Assembly: GCA_963748815.1 (NCBI GenBank)
Contig: CAVVKJ010000008.1
Location: 151,102-215,101, forward strand
DNA from: an uncultured Gemmatimonadales bacterium
Lineage (GTDB): Bacteria > Gemmatimonadota > Gemmatimonadetes > Gemmatimonadales > GWC2-71-9
Reading direction: 5' to 3'
DNA length: 64,000 nucleotides
Part shown: piece by piece, positions 55,047 through 64,000 of the stretch
Position numbering within the stretch: position 1 is the first letter of the stretch
Layout of the letters: each line of letters starts with the position of its first letter
Position numbers and translations under genes: made by a program
The notes under the pieces: model-generated
The model's input: the letters and a program-made list of their open reading frames with translations, nothing else
Database searches by the model: none
Told to the model about the DNA's origin: nothing

Positions 55047-57169
55047 TCGCCGCGGTTGCCCTCTCCGCTCCGATCGCACCACCCGCAGACACCCTTCCGA
55101 CCTATTCTTCCGAGGCGACGCGCGCGCTCGTCTCCCGGGCGCAGGAACGCCACGCCGCCGACGATACCACCGTCTCCGATTACACCGCCAAGCTCCGGTA
55201 TCGCGTCTCGTTTGCTCTCGGAAAACGGAAGTGGGCCCGCGTGCCGACCTACGCGGTCGAGGAGCAGGAGGGCACGGTGCAATGGCAGGCGCCGAACGAC
55301 CTCCGGCTCGACATCCTCGGCCGGCGGAGCGCGAGCCGGTCGAAGGACATCGACCTCTCCAGCGACTTCAGCCGGCCCTGGTTCGTTCCGCGGGGGCTGG
55401 GCGACTCGGTTCGCATCTTCGGCAACGACTTTCCGACCCGCGCGGCGCTGCACCCGCTCGCCGCTGACGGGCCGGAGTGGTACCGCTACGAACTGACCGA
55501 CAGCATCGCGCTCGCCACGGCGAGGGGAACCTCGGTCCGGCTCTATGCGGTGGAAGTCGTGCCGTCGCGTCCCGGGCCGTCGCTGGTGGCGGGGACCATC
55601 TGGATCGACTCGGCGACCGCCCAGGTCGCGCGCTTCACATTCCGGTACGTGGGCAACGAACTCTGGGTCGACCGGGACGACGACGATCCGGACATCGGCA
55701 AGATGGGTGGCGCCAAGAAGGCGAATTCCTTCATCAACAAGATCTTGACCGTCGATTCCGACCTCGAGTACGGGCTGCAGGAGGAGCGGTACTGGATGCC
55801 GTCGCGGCAGGTGCTTTCCGGCACCCTGCAGATCCCGATCATCAGCGACATCATCATTCCCTTCGAGGCGATCACCACCTTCTGGGACTACGACATCAAC
55901 AGCGGACGACCCGTGGTGTTCGACACCCCGCCCCCGGATACGGGGGCCAAACGGACCATGGACCGGGAGTCCGACTCCCTTGCGCCGGTCGTCCGCTCCG
56001 GCGTGTGGGCCGACGGCCGGTACGAGGTGCATCGCCCCCCCGTGGACACGCTGAAGAGCTACGCCGCCTGGGGGGATTCGCTGACGCTGGACCTCAGCCC
56101 CCAGGAGGACCAGCAGGTGCGGCAGGTGCAGGCGGAACTGGCGCTGCTGGCCGAGGGGCTCCCGTCTGACGTCACCGGCATCAAGCCGGGCGGCGTCAAC
56201 TACGAGGCGTTCGCCGACATCATCCGGTTCAATCGCATCCAGGGGCTCTCCCTCGGCTACGGGTACGCCGTGGACGTGCCGGGATGGTCGTTCACCCGGG
56301 CGCAGGCCACCCTGCGCTTCGGTTTTTCCGACGCCCGGCTCACCGGACAGCTGGGGCTGATCCGCGAGGCCCCCGCGGGGCGGTGGCGCCTCGAGGGCTA
56401 TCGCTCGATCGGCGAGGTCGAGCCGTTCTTCCGGGTGAACACTTTCGGCAACACGATGAACGGCATCTTTGCCGCGCACGACGACGCCGACTACTACCTG
56501 GCGCAGGGCGGGCGCATCGGATACGAGACGTCGGTGGGGCGCGGCCTCGAGCTCGACCTGCGGGCCCGATTCGAGGACCAGCAGAGCGTGGAGACGGACG
56601 CCACCAGCGCCATCAACGACTTCCTCGGAGGCAGCGGCGATTTCCCCGCGAACACGCCGGTGACCGAGGGGTTCTTCGTCGGGGTGACGGCCACGCTGAG
56701 CGGTGTGGCCGGCACCGGCACCTGGCGCATCGGCGCCGAGGGGCTCGGGGGCGAAGCCGGCACCACGGGGCGGTTCATGGCGGAGGTCCGGCAGCGGGCG
56801 TTCGGGGCGCGCGGCGTCACGATCACGGGGCGCGGTGGCGTGACCACCAACGATCCCCTCCCCCAGATGGCCTTCCGACTCGGCGGCCTCGAGACGGTGC
56901 GCGGTTTCGACTACGGCACCTACCAGGGCCAGGCCTTCTGGTCGATGCAGGGCGACTGGACGCCGTTCAAGGGGAGTGTCCGGCCGGTCCTCTTCGCCGA
57001 TGTTGGGCAGGCGGGAGAACTGGGGAGCGTCCTTTCCCAGAAGCCACTGGTCGGGATCGGGGCTGGCCTCTCGTTCTTCAACGGCATCGTGCGGTTCGAC
57101 TTGAGCGTCCCAGTCGCGGGGCCGACACACGGGTTGAGGTTCGACATACAGTTTGGGGCACCAAGGTAG
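55028..57169 (+). CDS. Outer-membrane protein (C-terminal Omp85/BamA-like barrel)
   Basis: Signal peptide; RFNRIQGLSLG; LGGLETVRGFDY (VRGF motif); beta-strand C-terminus. Confidence 0.75.
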   Translation: MGVGFLIAAVALSAPIAPPADTLPTYSSEATRALVSRAQERHAADDTTVSDYTAKLRYRVSFALGKRKWARVPTYAVEEQEGTVQWQAPNDLRLDILGRRSASRSKDIDLSSDFSRPWFVPRGLGDSVRIFGNDFPTRAALHPLAADGPEWYRYELTDSIALATARGTSVRLYAVEVVPSRPGPSLVAGTIWIDSATAQVARFTFRYVGNELWVDRDDDDPDIGKMGGAKKANSFINKILTVDSDLEYGLQEERYWMPSRQVLSGTLQIPIISDIIIPFEAITTFWDYDINSGRPVVFDTPPPDTGAKRTMDRESDSLAPVVRSGVWADGRYEVHRPPVDTLKSYAAWGDSLTLDLSPQEDQQVRQVQAELALLAEGLPSDVTGIKPGGVNYEAFADIIRFNRIQGLSLGYGYAVDVPGWSFTRAQATLRFGFSDARLTGQLGLIREAPAGRWRLEGYRSIGEVEPFFRVNTFGNTMNGIFAAHDDADYYLAQGGRIGYETSVGRGLELDLRARFEDQQSVETDATSAINDFLGGSGDFPANTPVTEGFFVGVTATLSGVAGTGTWRIGAEGLGGEAGTTGRFMAEVRQRAFGARGVTITGRGGVTTNDPLPQMAFRLGGLETVRGFDYGTYQGQAFWSMQGDWTPFKGSVRPVLFADVGQAGELGSVLSQKPLVGIGAGLSFFNGIVRFDLSVPVAGPTHGLRFDIQFGAPR

Positions 57170-57226
57170 CGCGCGAGGGGGGGTGGCGTCCCGCATCCCC
57201 GCCTCCCGCCCCGCTATCTTTTCTGC

Positions 57227-57691
57227 ATGCCCAAGCCCTTCGTCATCGAAGAGTACGTCCGCTGGTCGGACGTCGACTTCGCCGGGATCATCTTCTACGG
57301 CTCCTACGTCCGGTTCTTCGAGCTGGCCGAGACGGAGCTGTTCCGCGCCGCGGGGCTCCCGTTCGGGACGGTCTTCGATCAGTACGACGTCTTTCTCCCG
57401 CGGGTCCAGGTCCACACCGAGTTCCATTCCCCGCCGCGACTCGACGATCACCTCGCGGTGGCGGCGTATATCGGCCGCGTCGGTCGCACCTCGATGACCA
57501 TCGAATTCGAGGTGGTGCGCCGCCCCGACGGGACCCACTGCGCCGACGGGCACATGGTCCTGGTGTGCGTGGACCGCAAGGAGCTGAAGCCCTGTCCCAT
57601 TCCGGCGGCGTTCATCGCACAATTGGCGCCGTACACCATGCCGCGCGCCGAGGCGCGGCGTCAGCTCGGCATACCGGCAGGCGACAGGTGA
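57227..57691 (+). CDS. Acyl-CoA thioesterase (4-HBT/YbgC family)
   Basis: VRWSDVDFAGIIFYGSYVRFFE. Confidence 0.88.
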   Translation: MPKPFVIEEYVRWSDVDFAGIIFYGSYVRFFELAETELFRAAGLPFGTVFDQYDVFLPRVQVHTEFHSPPRLDDHLAVAAYIGRVGRTSMTIEFEVVRRPDGTHCADGHMVLVCVDRKELKPCPIPAAFIAQLAPYTMPRAEARRQLGIPAGDR

Positions 57692-58248
57692 GAGGTGCAC
57701 CGGGATCGGCGCTCGTCCTGCTCCTGCTCGCGGGATGCAATCCGCTGGGCGGGGCCGGCACGCTGACGGCCCGGTGGATCACGCCGGCGGACACCGCGAC
57801 GGTCACGATGCCGGTCACCGGGCGGTGGTGCGTCGGTCCCAGCCGGCTCGACCTCCGCGCCGCGGTCGGTGACACCGGGCTCGGTCTCGCCATCTTCCCG
57901 TCCGACAGCGCGGCCCTGGCCGGGACGTACGCCATTCTCCCGCCCGGTGGGCAGGTGCAGGTCCGCCCCAGCGCGGGCGTCGCGCTCCGGTGGGTGGGGA
58001 AGGTGCTGGTGCAGGGATGGTGGGGAGACTCCGGATCGGTGGTGGTGTCGGGGGGTCGCCTGCGCGGTCTGTCCGGTACCGGCCAGGCGTGGCTGATCTC
58101 GGGCCTCGGTCCCGACTCGGTGACCACCCTCGAGTTCAGCTTCCGTGGCGTGCGGTTCAGCAACGACACGCTGTGCGACGCGCCGGTGCTCCCGGTGGCG
58201 GTTCCGATCGAACAGCCGGCCACTCTCCCGGCGCCGGAGGTAGATTAG
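57688..58248 (+). CDS. Hypothetical lipoprotein
   Basis: Lipobox LLAGC; GTG overlaps upstream TGA. Confidence 0.7.
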   Translation: MRGAPGSALVLLLLAGCNPLGGAGTLTARWITPADTATVTMPVTGRWCVGPSRLDLRAAVGDTGLGLAIFPSDSAALAGTYAILPPGGQVQVRPSAGVALRWVGKVLVQGWWGDSGSVVVSGGRLRGLSGTGQAWLISGLGPDSVTTLEFSFRGVRFSNDTLCDAPVLPVAVPIEQPATLPAPEVD

Positions 58249-58251
58249 GCC

Positions 58252-59472
58252 ATGGACCAGACCTACTTCCGGAAGGGCTTCGGGCTCAAGAAGGACATCC
58301 AGGGAACGCTCACCTCCGACTACGCGAGCGGGGTGGTGGACGCCTTCCTCAAGGGGGGGCACACCCTGACGGTGGGACCGCTGACCTTTCGGCTGGCCAA
58401 GGAGTTCGGCTTCTGCTACGGCGTCGACCGGGCGGTGGAGTATGCCTACGAGACCCGGGCCAAGTTCCCGGACCGGCCGATCGCGCTGGTGGGCGAGATC
58501 ATCCACAACCCCCATGTCAACGAACGCCTGCGCCAGATGGGGGTCCGCTTCCTGGAACGCGGTGCGGACGGCGAGTTCGACTTCTCGGGGCTGACCGCCG
58601 ACGACGTCGTCATCATGCCGGCGTTCGGCGTCACGATCCGCGACTTCGAGCGGCTGCGGTCGGTGGGCTGCGTACTGGTGGACACCACCTGCGGTTCGGT
58701 GCTCAACGTCTGGAAGCGGGTCGACTCGTACGCTCGCGACGGCTTCACCGCCATCATCCACGGCAAGAGCTACCACGAAGAGACCAAGGCGACGGCGAGC
58801 CAGGTGACGAAGCATCCTGGGGGGCGCTACCTCGTGGTGTTCGACATGGACGAGGCGCGCATCGTCTGCGACTTCATCGAGGGGCGGGGGGACCCGGCGG
58901 CACTGGCCGCGCGGTTCAAGGGAAAGACGTCCCCGCAATTCGACTTCACGACCGACCTGCAGCGCGTGGGCATCGCCAACCAGACGACCATGCTGGCCGG
59001 GGAGTCGCTCGCCATCGCCGCGGAGTTCGGGTTGAGCATGGGGCGCCGCTACGGCGAGGCGCACCGTGACGACCACTTCCGCAGCTTCGACACCATCTGC
59101 TCGGCCACGCAGGAACGGCAGGACGCGGTGCTGGCGCTGCTGGAGGAACCACTCGACCTGATGGTGGTGGTCGGCGGGTACAACTCGAGCAACACCTGCA
59201 ACCTGGCGGCCATCTGTGCGGCGAAGGGAGTCCGGACGGTCCATATCGAGGACGCCGACTGCATCGACGTCGGGACCGGCGCCGTCCGCCACCAGCCGAT
59301 CCGGCAGAAGCGGGAGGAAGTCGCCCAGGGTTGGCTATCTGGCGCGCGGCGGATAGGATTGACGGCAGGCGCCTCGACCCCCAACAACAAGATCGGCGAA
59401 ACCGTCGCGCGAATTTGCGAAAGCGCGGGCGTGATGGCCGGACTTCGAGAGGCGCTGACCCCGGGGACCTGA
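58252..59472 (+). CDS. ispH: 4-hydroxy-3-methylbut-2-enyl diphosphate reductase
   Basis: GFCYGVDRA, IIHNP, DTTC, HEE, QTT, TICSATQERQ, SSNT, TAGASTP. Confidence 0.95.
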   Translation: MDQTYFRKGFGLKKDIQGTLTSDYASGVVDAFLKGGHTLTVGPLTFRLAKEFGFCYGVDRAVEYAYETRAKFPDRPIALVGEIIHNPHVNERLRQMGVRFLERGADGEFDFSGLTADDVVIMPAFGVTIRDFERLRSVGCVLVDTTCGSVLNVWKRVDSYARDGFTAIIHGKSYHEETKATASQVTKHPGGRYLVVFDMDEARIVCDFIEGRGDPAALAARFKGKTSPQFDFTTDLQRVGIANQTTMLAGESLAIAAEFGLSMGRRYGEAHRDDHFRSFDTICSATQERQDAVLALLEEPLDLMVVVGGYNSSNTCNLAAICAAKGVRTVHIEDADCIDVGTGAVRHQPIRQKREEVAQGWLSGARRIGLTAGASTPNNKIGETVARICESAGVMAGLREALTPGT

Positions 59473-59480
59473 GGTGCCGC

Positions 59481-60911
59481 ATGCCCCATCCTGCTGTCTC
59501 CCCACGCCGTCTTCTCGCCCCATTGGTCGCCGCCGCGGTGCTCTCGGCGTGCAACGACCCCTCCAGCACCGATTCCCCCTATTTCGTCACCCCGGTGACG
59601 ACCGCGGCGCTGGCCGGGACGCCCGGCTGGGCGTTGACGGACACGCTGGTGGTCGAGGTCCGGGACTACGAAGGGAATCCGGTGGCCGGCACCCGGGTGC
59701 ACTGGTCACTGCCGCAGGGGGGGAGACTGGCGGTCCAGCTGGCTGAGGCGGACGACCGGATGACGGGCACCACCGACGACCGCGGCAGGAACTACGCGGT
59801 GTGGACGCTGGGCATGACGGAGGGGACCCAGGTGGCGAAGGTGGCGGCGGGGTTCGGTGAGCCCGCCGAGTTCGGTGCGACGGCGACCGCGCTCCATGTA
59901 CTCGATGTCACCGTCGGAAGCGACCACATCTGTGCCATCCTGCCCGACCAGCGGCCGGTGTGCTGGGGAGGGAATTCGGAGGGGCAGTTGGGGGTTGGGG
60001 ATTTCACGAAGCGTACCTCGCCGACGCCTGTCGAGGGGCTCACCGCAGTCTTGCAGATTGTCGCGTCGCCGAACTATCACACCTGCGCACGCGACCTGGT
60101 GGGCGATGTCTGGTGCTGGGGGTGGGGCGCCGCCCGGCAGACGGGACCACTGGCCGAATCCAGGCAGGCAACGCCGGTTCGGGTGTCGGGCGCCTCCGGG
60201 GCAACGGCGCTCGACCTCGGATACAACTTCAGCTGTGCGATCCTCGCGGTCGGCGGCGCCCGGTGCTGGGGAAGCAATGAGGCTGGTCGCCTCGGCATCG
60301 GGGCCCCGACCATTGGAGGCACCCCTTACCCCGATCCCCAGATAGTCGTCGGTGGGGATGACTTCAGAAGCATCCGGCTAACGTACGATCGGGCCTGCGC
60401 CCTGGACTCGACCGGGGAGGCCTGGTGCTGGGGTTATGCGTCCGGCGGTGAACTCTCGCCGGCTCCCGGCACGAACTATTACTCGCCGATCCAGCCGATT
60501 CCTGGATACAAGTTCTCGGAGGTGGCGCTCAACTGGTACACCAACTGCGGGATCGCGGTCGGAGGCGTCGCGCTATGCTGGGGCAACAACTACGGGCTCG
60601 GGTACGAAGTCCCGCCGTGGGAGACGCCGACACCACTTTCCCCTCGAGTTGACGGCACCTTCGCTCAGATCGCATCGGAACAAAATGGATTCTACGGCCG
60701 GACCCGCGACGGAGGCCTTCGAGTGTGGGGCAACTACGGTTGCTGCGGGATCCCAAGCCCCGGGGATGCGTCCCTTCCAGTCCGCGCGGTCGACGTGGCC
60801 GCTGGGGGATACGGTTACTGCATCATTGCCGAAACAGGCGCGCTCTATTGCGAGCAGGACACCTATCCGAAGAGTGGGTTACGGGCATTTCCCGCGTCGA
60901 TGGTGCCGTGA
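59481..60911 (+). CDS. RCC1-repeat lipoprotein
   Basis: Lipobox LSAC; repeated H-x-CA...CWG-x-N-x-x-GQLG units. Confidence 0.85.
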   Translation: MPHPAVSPRRLLAPLVAAAVLSACNDPSSTDSPYFVTPVTTAALAGTPGWALTDTLVVEVRDYEGNPVAGTRVHWSLPQGGRLAVQLAEADDRMTGTTDDRGRNYAVWTLGMTEGTQVAKVAAGFGEPAEFGATATALHVLDVTVGSDHICAILPDQRPVCWGGNSEGQLGVGDFTKRTSPTPVEGLTAVLQIVASPNYHTCARDLVGDVWCWGWGAARQTGPLAESRQATPVRVSGASGATALDLGYNFSCAILAVGGARCWGSNEAGRLGIGAPTIGGTPYPDPQIVVGGDDFRSIRLTYDRACALDSTGEAWCWGYASGGELSPAPGTNYYSPIQPIPGYKFSEVALNWYTNCGIAVGGVALCWGNNYGLGYEVPPWETPTPLSPRVDGTFAQIASEQNGFYGRTRDGGLRVWGNYGCCGIPSPGDASLPVRAVDVAAGGYGYCIIAETGALYCEQDTYPKSGLRAFPASMVP

Positions 60912-61870
60912 CCGTTCGTCAGCTGACCCTCGGCGGTATTCCCGCCGTCTCCCTCTCCAACGACTTGCTCGAACTGGTGGTGGCCCCCACCCTGGGCATG
61001 AAGATCACCAACCTCCGTCGCCGCCGAGGCCGGGAGTGGCTCTGGCGCAATCCGGCCATTCCCTATGCACCGGGCGTTCCCGGCAGCTCCTACGTGGAAA
61101 CCGCCGACAGCGGCGGGTGGGATGAGTGCTTTCCCACTCTCCTCCCCTCCCGCATTCCCGGCGCGCCCCCCGAAACACCGCCCCTTCCCGATCACGGCGA
61201 GCTCTGGTCTGCCCGGTGGGAATCTCGCATCTATGAGCATGCGGACGGGACCGTGATCTCCGGCACGGCGCGGGGGGTGGCCCTGCCGTATGAATTCACC
61301 CGGGAAGTCTCGCTCTCGGCGGACGAGCCCATCGCGGTGCTTCGCTACCGGGTCCGGCACACTGGCGGGGCGCCCTTCCCGTGGATTTGGGCCGCGCATC
61401 CACTCTTCGGTGTGCGCCCGGGGATGCGGATCGTCCTTCCCTCTGTGGAGCGGGTGCGCCTTTCCGACGTGGTCGGACGGAACGACTGGGAGGCGGGGCA
61501 GGTGGTTTCCTGGCCCCTTGATGAGGGAGACGGCGCTTTCGTCTTCCCGGAACAGCCGGGGTGGGCGGCGATGGCACATGCCGACGTCGGCAGCTCAGGG
61601 AGGGTGCTGCTGCAGGACCCGGAGGCGGGGGAGTGGCTCGATTTCCTTGTCGATCCGGTGGAGACGCCCCAGGTGGGGCTCTGGCTCAACTGTGGCGGGT
61701 GGGCCCCGGGGGGGATCGAGCCCTACTACAACTGCGCCATCGAGCCGGGCATCGGCGCGCCGGGGAGGCTGCAGGAAGCTGCAGGTGAATGGGGGGTGGC
61801 CCCGACCTTGCACCCCGGGGAAGAGCGTGCGTGGCGGTTGACCGTGGGCCTCTGGAACGAGGAGGACTAG
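60908..61870 (+). CDS. Galactose mutarotase-like (aldose epimerase superfamily) protein
   Basis: GGWDECFP, DHGELW, WAAHP, AIEP. Confidence 0.8.
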   Translation: MTVRQLTLGGIPAVSLSNDLLELVVAPTLGMKITNLRRRRGREWLWRNPAIPYAPGVPGSSYVETADSGGWDECFPTLLPSRIPGAPPETPPLPDHGELWSARWESRIYEHADGTVISGTARGVALPYEFTREVSLSADEPIAVLRYRVRHTGGAPFPWIWAAHPLFGVRPGMRIVLPSVERVRLSDVVGRNDWEAGQVVSWPLDEGDGAFVFPEQPGWAAMAHADVGSSGRVLLQDPEAGEWLDFLVDPVETPQVGLWLNCGGWAPGGIEPYYNCAIEPGIGAPGRLQEAAGEWGVAPTLHPGEERAWRLTVGLWNEED

Positions 61871-61933
61871 CGGAACGGCCGATCGCGCTGCACCTTAGCT
61901 GCCCCCAGTTCCTCGACCCGGGAAGCTCGCGCG

Positions 61934-62311
61934 ATGGCCCGACCGATATCCGACGCGTACCGCCTGGTGCAGGCCGCGATCACCGACCTGCCCAACGTCA
62001 CCACCCGGAAGATGTTCGGGGCGGAGGCGTATTTTCACGGGCGACGCATGTTCGCCTTCCTGCGCGAGGACCTCGTGGTCCTCAAGCTGCCGGAAAGCGA
62101 GCGCGACGAGTTGCTGGAGGCGAAGGCCGCGCGGCCCTTCCTGGTGAACGAGAACGCCGGGTTTGGTCGGTGGGTGGAGATTCCGGGGACGGGCGACGCG
62201 GCCGCGCGGGCGGTGCTGCTGGTGCAGTCGGCCTACGCCGCCGCCAAGCGCCCCGACCGGGATGGCCCGCGCCGCCGCCGCCGACGGCGGAGCGCCAAGA
62301 CCGACGCGTGA
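61934..62311 (+). CDS. TfoX N-terminal-like protein
   Basis: TTRKMFG...GRRMFAFL...LKLP. Confidence 0.7.
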   Translation: MARPISDAYRLVQAAITDLPNVTTRKMFGAEAYFHGRRMFAFLREDLVVLKLPESERDELLEAKAARPFLVNENAGFGRWVEIPGTGDAAARAVLLVQSAYAAAKRPDRDGPRRRRRRRSAKTDA

Positions 62312-62326
62312 ACCGACGGCCCGCCC

Positions 62327-63292
62327 TCAGGAGCGGGCCGTTTCCTTGTCAGCCTGCGCCGTGAGCATCCTGGCCACCGCCGCGATCGTGAGCGGGGCGC
62401 TCCCTTCCGCACGATTGTTCACCAGCACATACGCCGGTATCCGCGCCTTCACCGCCGTCTCGATGAGGCGGGCGAGGTCGGCGCGCAATTCAGGGTTCCG
62501 GTCCTGGATCCGGTCATACGGCTGGAAGGCATCCACCGCCTCGGCGTAGTACCGCCCGGGCCGCAGCAGCGCGCGGGCCACCACGAAGGGCGCGCCGATG
62601 ACACCCGGCAGGTCGAGCTGCTCGCCGATGGAGGGCATCCGGGTCCAGGAGTTGAAGCAGTGGGCCACGCTGTGCTCGCGCAGCACGGCGAAGTATGCTG
62701 GTGTCAGGTACTCCTCGTTCCGGAGCTCCACCGCGTAGGGCGCCGTGCGGGGGAGGGCGGAGAAGAACTGGTCGAGCCGGTCGGCGAATGCCTGCGGCGC
62801 CGGCTTCGACTTCCCGGTGAGCGCCTGGAATTCGAACACGAACGGGCCGAGGTGGTCGCTGAAGTGCCGCAGACAGGGATCGAGTACCGCTTCGACAAAC
62901 AGCTCCGGATTGAGGAAATCGGGGTTCGGCTGACCGGCGTGCGCCTTGTCGCGCATCTTGGAATGGGTGTGGACGGTGATCCGGTCCCACACCTTGCTCA
63001 CGCACCGGAATCCCGGTGGCAGTGCGGCGGCGTACTCGGTGAGTGTCTTTTCCGAGAGGGGATTGTAGAAGCTGGAGTCGATGCCGACGGTGGAGAAGAG
63101 GGGCCACCGCGCGTATTCGGCCAGCATCTTTCCGCTGGCGCCGGTCTTGGGGTACTTCTTGTGGTAGATGAGGCCCTGCCACCCCGGATAGTTCCACGAG
63201 GAGGTCCCGAAATGAACGCCCGCGGGGAGCGCGGACTGGAGGCGTTCGAGTTCCTCCCCCCCGGGTGCCTCGTCGCTCGCCACCTCAGTCAC
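62327..63292 (-). CDS. DUF72 family protein
   Basis: GTSSWNYPGW, DSSFY, AVELRN, VNNRAEGSAP; start 63292 or 63283. Confidence 0.88.
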   Translation of the reverse strand: MTEVASDEAPGGEELERLQSALPAGVHFGTSSWNYPGWQGLIYHKKYPKTGASGKMLAEYARWPLFSTVGIDSSFYNPLSEKTLTEYAAALPPGFRCVSKVWDRITVHTHSKMRDKAHAGQPNPDFLNPELFVEAVLDPCLRHFSDHLGPFVFEFQALTGKSKPAPQAFADRLDQFFSALPRTAPYAVELRNEEYLTPAYFAVLREHSVAHCFNSWTRMPSIGEQLDLPGVIGAPFVVARALLRPGRYYAEAVDAFQPYDRIQDRNPELRADLARLIETAVKARIPAYVLVNNRAEGSAPLTIAAVARMLTAQADKETARS

Positions 63293-64000
63293 CCGGGGCA
63301 ATCCGGTAGATCGTTCCATTCGCGAGGACCACATACAGCTCGCCCCGGGCGTCCTCACCGAAGCTGGTGATCTGTTGCTTCGTGTCGAGCGTCGGCCAGG
63401 ATGACGCCCGGGTCACGGCGCCGTTCCTGTACACGAAGCTCCGGATCCATCCGCTGCAGTAGTCCCCATAGAAATAGGTGCCGGCGAGTTCCGGAATCGC
63501 GGCGCCGCGGTAGACGAAGCCCCCCGTGATCGAGCAGCCGTCACCGTGGCCATACTCGATGACGGGCATGACCAGGCCCGTCCGGTTGCAGGTGGAGCTC
63601 TTGTAGCAGTGGTCACCCTCCATGATGGCCCAGCCGTAGTTCTCCCCGCCGGCGCTCGCGGCGGGCTGCACATCCACCTCTTCCCACTCGTTCTGCCCGA
63701 CATCGGCGATGTAGAGGTCGCCGGTGGCGCGGTCGAAGCTGTAGCGCCAGGGATTGCGCAGGCCCCAGTTCCAGAGTTCGCCGCGCATGTTCGGCGTGCC
63801 CACGAACGGATTGCTGGCGGGAACGGTGTAGGGGAGCCCGTGGTCGAGGTCGAGGCGAAGCAGGGAGCCCAGCAGGTCGTCGCGATTCTGTCCGTGGCCC
63901 TGCGGGTCGCCGCCGCTGCCGCCGTCGCCGAAGCCGGCGTACAGGTAGCCGTCCGGTCCGAACACGACGTTGCCGCCGTTGTGGTTGCCGTAGGGCTGGC
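63285..64000 (-). CDS. PQQ-dependent glucose/sorbosone dehydrogenase family protein, C-terminal part (truncated by window end)
   Basis: NHNGG, FGPDGYLY, GLRNPWR, DVGQ, NYGW, SITGGFVYRG, SFGED. Confidence 0.9.
   Translation of the reverse strand, partial: QPYGNHNGGNVVFGPDGYLYAGFGDGGSGGDPQGHGQNRDDLLGSLLRLDLDHGLPYTVPASNPFVGTPNMRGELWNWGLRNPWRYSFDRATGDLYIADVGQNEWEEVDVQPAASAGGENYGWAIMEGDHCYKSSTCNRTGLVMPVIEYGHGDGCSITGGFVYRGAAIPELAGTYFYGDYCSGWIRSFVYRNGAVTRASSWPTLDTKQQITSFGEDARGELYVVLANGTIYRIAPGD

Overview
High-GC bacterial chromosomal window; gene content and style suggest Gemmatimonadota (inference only). It holds about 53 mostly housekeeping or envelope genes: kgd-type 2-oxoglutarate dehydrogenase, glpD, fadI/fadJ, rho, proline dehydrogenase, rsgA, MazG-like, BCKDH E1, Ser/Thr kinase, lon, a LeuD-LeuC-order aconitase-family enzyme, pfkA, a queD-PCD-pabB-pabA cluster, sulfatase, a DEAH-like helicase and ispH. 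No rRNA, tRNA, CRISPR or transposase was seen. Main signals missed by the ORF track: (1) a GEMM-I riboswitch on the minus strand (~16127-16216) with the A20/GYRA signature of cGAMP-sensing variants and a visible expression platform, upstream of a small HExxH lipoprotein translationally coupled to a short Rho; (2) a CxxU Rdx/SelW-type selenoprotein with an fdhF-like SECIS (41135-41365); (3) a ~75-nt structured direct repeat flanking a degenerate gene (46091/47023); (4) a helicase with motif Ia placed before Walker A; (5) a dispersed GCGGGG(A/C)N octamer repeat family that also lies inside lon and pabB. Six genes carry frameshifts, most simply explained by assembly indel errors.
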